DNA of 64,000 nucleotides, from assembly GCA_010015585.1 (NCBI GenBank), contig ML975169.1; one strand, written 5' to 3'. Positions 1-10,049 of the stretch are shown here, piece by piece. The first letter of the stretch is position 1. The number at the start of each line of letters is the position of its first letter. The notes beneath the pieces are model-generated. The model was given only the letters and a program-made list of their open reading frames with translations. It made no database searches and was not told the DNA's origin. The position numbers and the translations under genes were made by a program. The DNA is from Eremomyces bilateralis CBS 781.70. Taxonomy: Eukaryota.

Positions 1-457
1 AGATTAGGGCGGCAGAAAGAGAGGTAGAGCTTGCTCGACGTAGGGCCATTCGACAGGCTGATCGTGAAGCAAGATCGGCACAGGCACAGCTTCTCCAAGA
101 GTTAAAAACACCTCGAAACACCAGAAAACGAGCAAAAGAAGCCTCTCCACAGCAAATTGTACAGCCGCAGGTAATCAGCAGCGATGTGGAGGAGCTAGAT
201 AGCGATGGAGAGGAATCTGAAGGAATGGAGACTCAGACGCGGCGAGGTCGCATTTCCCGGCCACCATGATATCTTAAGGACTTCGATTTGGGCCCTAAAT
301 AAGCTTATAGTATCTCAGAATGTCATAACAACAATTTTTTCTAAATCTCTATTGTATATGGGCGCGAATGGCTGCAAAACTGAGTGCCCATCGCGAGCGC
401 TTATGACGCGATGGACCGTGCAAGGAGTGGTGCCGTGCACGTTGTGGGGAAAACCCA
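1..457 (+). mobile_element. 3' end of a pogo/Fot1-like (Tc1/mariner superfamily) DNA transposon: C-terminal transposase tail (pseudogene) and probable right TIR followed by TA
   Basis: The frame from nt 3 reads IRAAEREVELARRRAIRQADREARSAQ...METQTRRGRISRPP*YLKDFDL. This charged coiled coil plus TRxGRxxxxP tail is typical of fungal pogo transposases, and the TGA is probably from CGA. Repeated CCGTGCA..GTGG motifs at ~415-448 end at ...GAAAACCCA|TA, after which an unrelated coding sequence resumes. The catalytic domain is outside the window. Confidence 0.55.
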
Positions 458-1138
458 TAGATAGAATATTAGTTCTTATTTAGAAGGAGAAGCTGTTGTC
501 TTATCTAGAGGGCAAACATTTTGCCGGTCTACTTTTTAAGCAAAGACAAAGTTACCAAGATCTAACGACAGTATAAACCCTTTAGAAACCCTTTAGAAAC
601 ATATTCCTAACATGTTCAGGCATATATTTAAAAAATCTATAATGATCGCGATAGTATAATGGCGATCTGCTTTCTCAACTAACAGGCCGAGGTTTTTCTT
701 AAACAAACTCATTTTGAGATTGACATGTCGTTCAAGCGTATTCGACAGAAAGACCTAAACGAAATTATCTTTGCAGCATGGCTGAAAGATCACGGAAAAG
801 GTAGTAGTTACTCTATTATATTCCTACCTTGTTTCTAACCTATTTATATAGTTTTTACACTCGCTCGAGTACTTGTCAACACAAGTAATCCTCAGACCTA
901 TACCCTTTGCTTTATAAGGGTGTTTAATCTGATATCTCAAATCCTCCAAAGACCTATTAAATGGTTCCATCTTGATGGAGAAGGATTTGAAACAGTGACT
1001 GTTGATATGTGCTGGAAACAACTCAAAGGTAGCTATTTTAAACGCTCTTTAAATATGTTCCTAACATGTTCCCAGGGTTTGGGCGTTACCTTGAGTCAAT
1101 TGATCCAGAACGGCGTTCCTGGAGATGGCAAGTAAAGA

Positions 1139-1593
1139 NNNNNNNNNNNNNNNNNNNNNNNNNNNNNNNNNNNNNNNNNNNNNNNNNNNNNNNNNNNNNN
1201 NNNNNNNNNNNNNNNNNNNNNNNNNNNNNNNNNNNNNNNNNNNNNNNNNNNNNNNNNNNNNNNNNNNNNNNNNNNNNNNNNNNNNNNNNNNNNNNNNNNN
1301 NNNNNNNNNNNNNNNNNNNNNNNNNNNNNNNNNNNNNNNNNNNNNNNNNNNNNNNNNNNNNNNNNNNNNNNNNNNNNNNNNNNNNNNNNNNNNNNNNNNN
1401 NNNNNNNNNNNNNNNNNNNNNNNNNNNNNNNNNNNNNNNNNNNNNNNNNNNNNNNNNNNNNNNNNNNNNNNNNNNNNNNNNNNNNNNNNNNNNNNNNNNN
1501 NNNNNNNNNNNNNNNNNNNNNNNNNNNNNNNNNNNNNNNNNNNNNNNNNNNNNNNNNNNNNNNNNNNNNNNNNNNNNNNNNNNNNNNNNNNNN
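1139..1593. other. Assembly gap (N run)
   Basis: Run of N characters. Confidence 0.99.
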
Positions 1594-2324
1594 ATATTAG
1601 AATGTGATAATAATATATTATTTAGTTCAAAAGAGCTAGATCAACGCGACGTGGATCAATACTTTGCACGAGAGAAGTATGGAACCTACCACACCCAAAG
1701 AAGCAATCAAATGTCTGCTCGTTATAAGGATCATATGGGAAGAGAAAGTAGGCATTTTCTCTTACGAAACAACCACCTTAAGAATATACTCTAAACGTGC
1801 TTAGAACGAAAGCGAGAGAATAAAGAAAAATCTCTCCTTACCACAGCAGATGAAGATGATGAAGACATCGACGACGATAATACATCTGAAACAGCTTTAT
1901 CGCTGTTATCATTAACTAGAGGCAGTAGACAAAAATCGAGCTCTTTGAGAGGCAGATCAAAAAGATCTCGATTAAATTTAAGAGAAGACTCTCTTTCAAG
2001 CGCTGAGTAAGTTATTTTAAACTCTATTTAAATCCTTTTTATAACATATTTAAAAGACCTTCATCTACATAAACGATCCCTCTTCGGCAGAATACTCTTA
2101 ATCGTTAGTAAGAGCTTAAAGACGTTAGAGCTAGACTAGAGCTTCGGAGGCTAGAGGCTGAGATAGAAGAAAAGGAGCTAAGTAACGCACGAAGAACTCT
2201 AAAGAACGAAAAGCTAGAGTTAGAAATCGTAACCAAGCGGCAGACTTTGCAGCGCCTGGAGGGCGAGGATTAGATAGTAGTAAAAAGTTTCAACTTTCAA
2301 GCGTATTTGAATAAGGCTGCTAAG

Positions 2325-2448
2325 ATTTGTCCCCCCCTTGGAGTTTTGTCCCCCTCTTAGAAGTTTTGTCCCCCCTTAGAGATTTGTCCCCCCCTTGGAG
2401 TTTTGTCCCCCCCTTAGAGTTTTGTCCCCCCTTGGAGCTTTGTCCCCC
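2325..2448. repeat. Tandem array, 7 copies of ~18-19 bp TTTGTCCCCCC(C)TT(G/A)GAG; probable subterminal repeats of the element at 460-2456
   Basis: Read directly. The last copy ends TTTGTCCCCCGCGCTAGT, ~175 bp after the element's stop codon. Confidence 0.9.
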
Positions 2449-2689
2449 GCGCTAGTAAATAGTGGAAATTAGTGGCTTAATCAAACCTAGGGTATATCAC
2501 GGATCTTCCCCTAGGACAACTTCAACGCTTAATTCATTCATACTCTTGCTATCCTAATATAGAGGATATTACTCCCCCTCCAGATTGTCTTTACGATTCC
2601 TATGATAAAGCCTACAATGCTCTTAGGATCCATAGCATACAGCATAGCTACGGCTCCGTACTGAAGCGGAGCAAACCTCACAATTCTGA

Positions 2690-5600
2690 TCACGAGCGTA
2701 GCGAGTAATTTAAGTCGTATATAGGGTCAACTCATTTTCAAACGAGCCTTCTGATTGGCTCGTTTCCTGCATTCTGATTGGTCCCCATCCAGAACCACGT
2801 GACTTCAACTTCTCTTTCACTTCCTAACGTCACTTACCATATCTATTATATCTACTATCTCTACCACCTCTGCCATCTCTTACCACATCTACTATCTCTT
2901 ACCTCTTATGGATCTTGACCCCGGCGGTCGTACATGTCCGACCTGTCGCTCCTGGAAAGCTGATAAGGAGTTTACTTCGAAGCGTCGTAAACTACACGTC
3001 AAGAGGTGCTGGCGGTGTCGTTTCGGTCAGGATCACGGTCAGGATGATCCCGACCATGTAGGTTTTCCAGTGAAGATTCGAATACGTTACCGTTAAAACT
3101 AACCTGATTAGTCCCGTCATCTATATCCTCTCCGGCCTGCCGCTCCTCTACAAGCAGCCCCATCTCCTTCTCCGCATCCTCCCGCCCGAAATCTACATCC
3201 TCTCCGACCTGCCGCTACCCTACAAGCAGCTTCGTCCTCGCAATCAGCGGATACTGATGACGACACGTCCTGGAGGCGGGAGGCTTCCATATTTCACCGT
3301 GCCGGCATACATAGCCAGGATGATAGGGATATAGCGGCTGCTCGCAGGGACTATGCCACCATGTCCCGGGCTCACCGTGCAGCTAATCGTCTAGATCCTT
3401 CCGCGCAGCCATTACCGACGTTTGAGGATTTCCTCCGACAACGGGGTCTATCACCTCTACAGCAACCTAGTCAAGGTGGTCCTCGCCTAAATCCTATCTC
3501 TGAAATTGAGGGCGGTGGGCAACATCGTACACGGAGAGGTGAGCGAGTCCATCGTACCCGTCAACAGGAAGATGATGATCGTACGGAAGCACTTCGACGC
3601 GGAGATGTTCGCCTCGATCCTCGGTCCCCGGATTTCGACATCCAGGACACCAATCTTCCCGACCAGGATTGGGCATACGTCAAGGACTTCCATAAGGTGA
3701 TGGCTGATTTGAAGCTGGAGCACTGCCCCCAATGCGATGAACGGTGGTTTGATATGCATCTCGTGCGTGGCATATGCAAGCGATGCCGAGCTGACGACCG
3801 AAAGCGTAAAGATCTCCCGCCTCTCTATTCCGCCGAGAACCACTTAAATCCTGGCCCAGGCCCATCATATTACGGTCTTCCGGATCTTACTCAGGTGGAG
3901 GAGCTCCTCATCGCTCGCGTGCATTGTGCTGCGGAGGTTCGGAAAGTGAACGGTCTCCAATACCGTTATACCGGGCACGTCATTAACTTTATGAGAGATG
4001 TAGGGCGCGTGTATAACCGTCTCCCACTCCTCCTAAGAGACCTTGAGATCGTTATCCTTCGACCTGCCAACTGGAACCAGGAGCCTCGCATGCAGCGTCA
4101 ATTTCGCCGGGACTACCGCGTTCGCCGTAGTGTCATTGAGCAGTGGCTATTCCATCTTAAGGTATGTTCGCCGTGCCGTTGTTAAGTCGGTAGCTAACCT
4201 ATCTCTAGGCTTACCACCCTGGATATCGCGATATCGTCGTCGACCATAGCCTCTTACAGCAGCTTCCTGTTGATGATAATGTTATGGAAGCGGTCGGCGT
4301 TCACACCACCGATGAAGAGGATTTAGGAGGCGGCGATGACGATACGGGAGAAGAGGCCGAATACGTCGCCGCAGTCCCGGACCTCCTCCAGCCCGATACG
4401 GAGATAGAGCAACTTCGACAGCATGTTGATACCGCTGCCGAACGTCAACGTGTGCATCTTACGATGCCTAGTGTTCGATTGACTCCTCTATCTGAGTTTA
4501 ACCACTCTCAGCCTCTTTTAAGCCTGGCGTTTCCGAGCTGCTTCCCCTGTGGTATTGGGGACTTTGTTCACCCCCGTCTCCGGAAGGTAGACTATCGTGA
4601 CTATATCAAGCATCTGATGAGGTTCTACGATGGTCGTTTTGCAAAGCATCCCCGCCTACGGTATGTCCTTTTTAACACTCTCTTCCGGCAACAGGTTAAT
4701 ACCCGTGCATCTTACTTCGTTCGTCAACGTCCCGAGCAAGGTGATCTATCTCTTGAAGAGATCCGTGCCGCCTTTGCGGATGACTCTCCTGATGCCCAGG
4801 CCCTGCTCAACTCCATCGTCCGTTTTTCAGGGACCTTGCGTGGCACACGGCCATATTGGATCAGGTGTGGTAAGGAGCTTGAAGCTATCGTACAATGGAT
4901 CGGGTCCCCGCATATCTTTTTGACGCTGTCGGCCGCTGATTATCACTGGGATGATCTACAGCGTCATTTACCTCAATATGAGGAGTGGCGTAATGGAACC
5001 CCAGCGGAGCGGATCGCAATTTCTCGCCGCAATCTCCGCGACTATCCCCACATCGCCGCCTTCATCTTCCATCACCGTCGGGAAGCTCTGTACAAGACTG
5101 TGCTGAGCCCGAAGTTCAACCTCCGCGATCAATGGGGCCGATACGAATGGCAGGGTCGCGGCTCGTCGCACTCACACTTCCTCATCTGGCTTGACCGTGC
5201 CTGCCCCAACAGCGAGCTGGATCGTATCCCTGTGGAGGATCTCCCTGCCGCCCTTGAGACATTTGCACGGTTCTGGGGCGGTCATATCACGGCGGTGAAC
5301 CCCGAACCTTCCCGTCGTGTACGACCAGAGGATGAGCGGAGTGCTATCGCGTTAAGTCCCGATACGCAGGAGAATTCTCTAGCGCATCTATCAGCCATCA
5401 TCAATCGCGTACAGAAACACCATTGCACTAATGCGTATTGCCTCCGCAAAAACAAACGCACTAACCGGGAGGAGTGCCGCTTTTACGCCCCGTGGCCGAT
5501 TCGGGATGAGCCTGTTGTTACGAAGGCGGAAGGTAACCCTAGGTTCTTTAACTACCGCGGTATCCGGAATGATGATCGGTTGAACCACTTCTGCCCCGCT

Positions 5601-8440
5601 CTTATCACCGCATGGCTTGCTAATATAGATATCACGCCCTGCACGGGGAGCCGAGCAGTATTAGCCTACTTAGGAAAGTACTGCTCAAAGCCGGAGAAGA
5701 AGACGACCACCTTCCACGATATCCTTAGACATCTCCTAACGGTCGTTCCTGAACATACGCGGCGGCCATTCCTTTCGCTCGTTACGAAGATCATGAATCG
5801 TCTAATTGGTGAGCGCGATTGGTCGGCGCAAGAGGTTTCCCATATCCTTCTTGATCTCCCCCTCAAGGTCTCTTCACGTATGGTGATTTCCGTCGATTGT
5901 CGCCCGGAGGTGGAGCAGTCCCAGGGAATCGAGATCCGGGATGATGGTTCTATTCAGAGCGGCCTCTCCTCTCTTCAGAAGTATAAGCAGCGGCCTGATG
6001 CCTTCGACGACGTTCCCTATCTTGAGTTTCTACGTTGTTATGACTTCGCCAAGGTTAGTTCTATCCGGAAGAGGGGGGAAGGGAAAGAGCGGGCGTTGAA
6101 TTACTTCCCACGATATTCAGCGGTCGGCGATACCCGCGAAGACTGGCATCGCGTTAAACTAATGCTACATCACCCCTTCCGCAGTATGGATAACCTCCTC
6201 CAACCTGATCCACGTGGTCCCCTCTATACATCGTATTCTGATGCATATTCCGCGTCTTGTGGAGATGGTCGGCATGACCATCCGGTCGATCATTACGACC
6301 CTATTATTCTTGGGGACGAGGATGAGTTCGAAGAGGGAGCCAACGAGGAGGAGCATCACCAGGGGAGCTGGGATGAGCTCGCCGGTCAGCTTCCTGGTCG
6401 CGATAGAACCGTTCTGGAGGATCCGGATGCCCTCGGTCAACGACCTCTCGACCGTGAGTACGATTGGGCGTCTCACATCGGTAAGCACGCGTATACGAAG
6501 GAGTGGTGGGCTACTGCGAAGGCCGACTATCCCCACGTCAATGAAGCTGTTCTATTCGCACCTGACACCGTTGAAAAGCTGAACGCGAAGCAACGTATAG
6601 CATATGATATCCTGACGACCCATTTCGCACGCTATGTCGCGACATACACTGATGGGCCTCAGGTCCTGATTAACGTCGATGGCGAGGCAGGCACAGGGAA
6701 GTCTTTTATTATTCAGCTCATCTCCTCGCATCTCCAGGAGGAGGCATCACGGCATGGATTACCGAATCCAGTTCTTCGTGCCGCGCCTACGGGCGTCGCA
6801 GCTCATAGTCTCTCCGCGTCGACCCTACATACTCTTTTTCGTCTTCCTGTTCAAGATGTTGGGTCTCTCGATCCCCTCCGGCCGGCAGCTCTTCAAGCCG
6901 CTCAGGCCACCTTCCGGGGCGTACGGTATCTGATTATCGACGAAAAGTCTATGATCGGCCTTCGCCAGCTCTCCTATATTGACCGTCGTTGCCGCGAGAT
7001 CTTTCCTGGCGTAAACCAGTCTTTCGGTGGTCTTAGTATTCTCCTCTGTGGCGACTTCTTCCAGCTTCCTCCAGTCTTAGCAACTGCTCTTTACACCCAG
7101 AAGAGAGCGCTAAATCTAGATGAGCAGCATGGGCATAATATCTACCACCAATTCGACCGAACGATCAAGCTTGATGAAGTCGTTCGGCAGCAGGGCAATG
7201 ACGTTGAGTCGATTCAGTTCCGCCAGGCCCTCGACCACTTACGGATGGGCTCTACAACTCGTGACGACTGGACATTACTTAGTACACGAGTGCAGGCTAT
7301 GCTTCTGTCTGAAGAGGTAGATTCGTTCCGGGACGCTATCCGTATCTTCGGTAAGAAGGCGCCAGTCGCTATGTTTAACTACATTCGTTTACGCGATCTC
7401 CGTTCTCCTGTCATGATATGTCGAGCAATTCACGAAGGAGGGTCGAAGGCAGAGAAAGCTCCGACCAACGAGGCAGGAAACCTCCATTCTGAGATTCCGA
7501 TGGCGTTGGGAACGCGTGTCATGTTGACAGAGAATCTCTGGACCGAACGGGGTCTGGTGAACGGTGCGATGGGCACAGTACGTGATATTAGCTGGCGGGC
7601 TGGTACTGATATCCAGAAGGATCCCCCGTCTACACTCCTCGTTCAATTTGATCGATATAATGGACCGACGGTAGATGTAGGCGGCCTGGCTTTGGTCCCA
7701 ATCTTCCCATCACGCCGCGAGTTCTATATGGGGAATAATTCGTGCTCACGTATACAGTTCCCACTGACTCTTGCCTATGCCATCACAACACATAAGTCGC
7801 AGGGAATGACCCTAGCACGGGCTGTGCTGGATATTTCGGAGCGGGAGTTCGCGCCTGGCCTAACGTACGTTGCGGTCTCCCGTGTCAAATCTCTCAAAGG
7901 GATTATGTTTGAAGCTCCATTCGACTTCCACGATTTGACACCCCGGAAGGAGAGCGAGACGATGGCGTTCCGGAAGCGGGATGTGCAGAGGAGGGAGAGT
8001 CAGCATATCACGGCAGAGGTTTGTTTATATGATTAGAATCAATCGCGCGGTATTGACATAGTACAGGATCTCCGACGGGTGATCGGATCGTCATCCTTGG
8101 GTGTGGAGGAGTTCCCGGAAGGCGGAGACTGAGTACTATGAGCAAGGATGTTGTATGGCGTAGGATTAGGATCAAAATATCACGAGATAGATCGGTCAGA
8201 CGATCAGACGATCAGACGAGAAGAGGGGATCGTTTTACTTCCTACTTGGGAAGTGTGCACTGGTTACGAAGATGCTGTTTTTAAGCGATTTAGCGATTTC
8301 TAAAAATCAATGAAAAAGTAGAAAAGTAAACGCCCTGGTCGGGATTCGATGATCTGTGCTCTAGGAAGGCAGAGGTCACGTGCCTACGCTCGTGATGATT
8401 TGGGGCAGAAAGCTGACTTTATGCACCACAGTACTATTTT
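2690..8440 (+). mobile_element. Full-length non-canonical Helitron (FoHeli/Helitron2-like rolling-circle transposon), ~5.75 kb
   Basis: It starts TCACGAGCG and ends ...GTACTATTTT. A 13-bp inverted repeat lies at 2689-2701 and 8384-8396 (asymmetric, 44 nt inside the 3' end). There is no TSD, removing it restores the MULE reading frame, and it encodes a Rep-helicase. Confidence 0.9.
2908..8132 (+). CDS. Helitron RepHel transposase (N-terminal Zn fingers, DUF6570-like region, HUH Rep/Y2 domain, Pif1-family SF1B helicase); ~1691 aa, predicted exons 2908-3057, 3112-4161, 4209-8018, 8067-8132
   Basis: Rep motifs: FLTLSA, YEWQGRGSSHSHFLIW (HUH) and YLGKYCSK. Helicase motifs: GEAGTGKS, LIIDEKSM, GDFFQLPPV, YAITTHKSQGMTL and YVAVSRV. 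Three phase-0 GT-AG introns with CTAAC/TTGAC branch points keep the frame. The last exon is less certain (unspliced stop at 8036). Confidence 0.93.
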
Positions 8441-10049
8441 ATTAAGACACGATATTACTACCAGTGCGATCGATTCAGAAAGTATCAGTCAAGAGCAAGG
8501 ATTCTGAACACAAGCACGCGCGCAACAGGATGTCCCTTTAAGCTTGTTATCTTCAAGATAAAGCAATTAGACGATACCGACAAGTAGAGGCTAGAGGTTC
8601 AACATAAGCATCATAACCACTCTCGATCACTCGACCCTAGTACGCACAATGTCTATCGTAGACGTACACCGGCTCAAAAAGACCTAATCGAATCAATGAC
8701 AAATGCTGGGTCCCGGCCGATACAGATATTGAATGCAATTCAAAAGGAGGATCCGGAAACTCGAGTCTCTGCTACCGATATTCGTAACGAGAGAAAGGCA
8801 ATCAGAGTGCAGCACTTGAATAGGAGGAGTCCGATTAAGACGTCACTAGATAACCTGTCTACGTTGACCCCTACACCTGCCCCTATATCTTCCCCTATTC
8901 TATCTTATTCGTCTTTACCAGTCTCTGTTACTGTGCCTATTCCTATGGCTCGATCCCCTCTACAGCCTACTTGGCAACCTCCGTCGTTAGAAGAGTTCTT
9001 TACTAATATCGAACGTCGACGGCTTCAGCCTGTTCTATATAACTGTAGTAACTTTGGCATAGTGATCAATTTTTTGGCAGAGACGGGGCAGGAAAATGAC
9101 CCGATAGAACTGATAGAAGCACGGAATATGGCTCTCGCTATAAGGGGAGTGTATACTTCCTGCACTCCAACAATGGCATAGAATTATCACTTTGGAGATA
9201 TGAATGATTTCTACGCCGAAAGATTTGCACAAGTCGGTGCTCAAAATTTTATTTCTAGGTCTCAGGATGTGCGCAGACAGCGTCCGAAGAGGGCTGCAGT
9301 AGAGAGGGCTTCAAATGCTTAGAAAGGACTTAGCCCGCACAAGAGACAGCGACGTCAGTAGAATATATACTTTGACTCATAAATTGGACAAGACATCGAG
9401 ATACGCTTCAAACTTCAGTCGAAGGAGCTAACAATAGTGATATATTAAATCTTAGTATAGGATTTGTTGATGAAGCTCAACTGACCTCCGAATTTGGTTA
9501 GATGAACTTTCTAGGTGATGAAATGGGTCACGTGAGGTCAGCCGAACCTTTTTCGAGGTCAGCCGAACTGTAGTCACGCTCACTACAGTAGGAGAGCGCT
9601 AGTGCCATAAACCGACCCCTGATGGTAACGCTGAATATAAGCGATGCTTTGTGACAGACTTGGGCTTCGCCCAGTCTGTGTGTTGTGGCCTTGCGGCTTA
9701 AGGCAGAAGGGATGGGTAGACCGTTTGCCCACAGATGTAAATATCAGATCGCAGTGAGAGAGATCTTCTCCTTCTCTCTTTAGCAATTCAACAGCGTTAC
9801 CAGCTTACCAAATCCTTCGTGATTTGGGCCCATGACAGAAACATTGATTATTGAAATAGAAGACTAATTGACTTTTCTTGTGACTGCAAATGCTCTTTTA
9901 ATAAGAATATCCACCTTCGTTTGCTCTGATGCCCGTCAATGAGCAGCGTGACACTGTCTTCTGTCACTCTTCAGCGCGATAGTTCCAGCCTTGAGCCGGA
10001 GAGGAGCAGCCTGCCTAAGAGGACTGCGAACAGCGGTCAAGTCACCGTA

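Larger units (their letters stand above)
460..2456 (+). mobile_element. Degenerate (RIP-like) intron-containing transposase-like element of uncertain superfamily, 5' end missing
   Basis: The spliced reading is DRILVLI*KEKLLSYLEG...FEIDMSFKRIRQKDLNEIIFAAWLKDHGK / VFTLARVLVN...WFHLDGEGFETVTVDMCWKQLK / GFGRYLESIDPERRSWRWQVK [gap] ... coiled-coil tail ending GED* at ~2273. It has GT-AG introns, many TAA/TAG stops and high AT content, and it ends in a subterminal repeat array. Confidence 0.55.
2559..9581 (+). mobile_element. Mutator-like (MULE) transposon remnant: RIP-mutated, internally deleted, split by the Helitron; right TIR ends ...GTCACGCTC
   Basis: Segments 2559-2690 and 8441-9361 join in frame: (ATA)EDITPPPDCLYDSYDKAYNAL...KRSKPHNSD|IKTRYYYQCDR...RATGCPFKL...DK*RLEVQHKHHNH. 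This is a FAR1/WRKY-GCM1-like Zn module. TGG>TAG stops lie at 8585, 9179 and 9320. The terminus reads GAGCGTGACTACAG on the minus strand, with internal direct repeats GAGGTCAGCCGAAC (9534-9547, 9555-9568). Confidence 0.75.

Noticed and set aside
1066..1794. 242-aa and 160-aa ORFs
   Set aside because: Artefacts of translating through the N gap.
2325..2448. CRISPR-like or telomeric array
   Set aside because: The units are contiguous with no unique spacers, are not TTAGGG, and the context is eukaryotic TE sequence.
2452..2456. CTAG|T as a canonical Helitron 3' end
   Set aside because: There is no GC-rich hairpin just upstream, it lies 5' of the RepHel gene, and the Helitron's ends are independently fixed at 2690/8440.
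4284..8036. Host PIF1 helicase or viral/plasmid Rep gene
   Set aside because: The HUH Rep fused to a Pif1 helicase, the introns and the TE termini inserted in another TE identify it as a Helitron.
9622..9803. 11-bp inverted repeat TGGTAACGCTG / CAGCGTTACCA
   Set aside because: Too short and has no TSD; may be chance.
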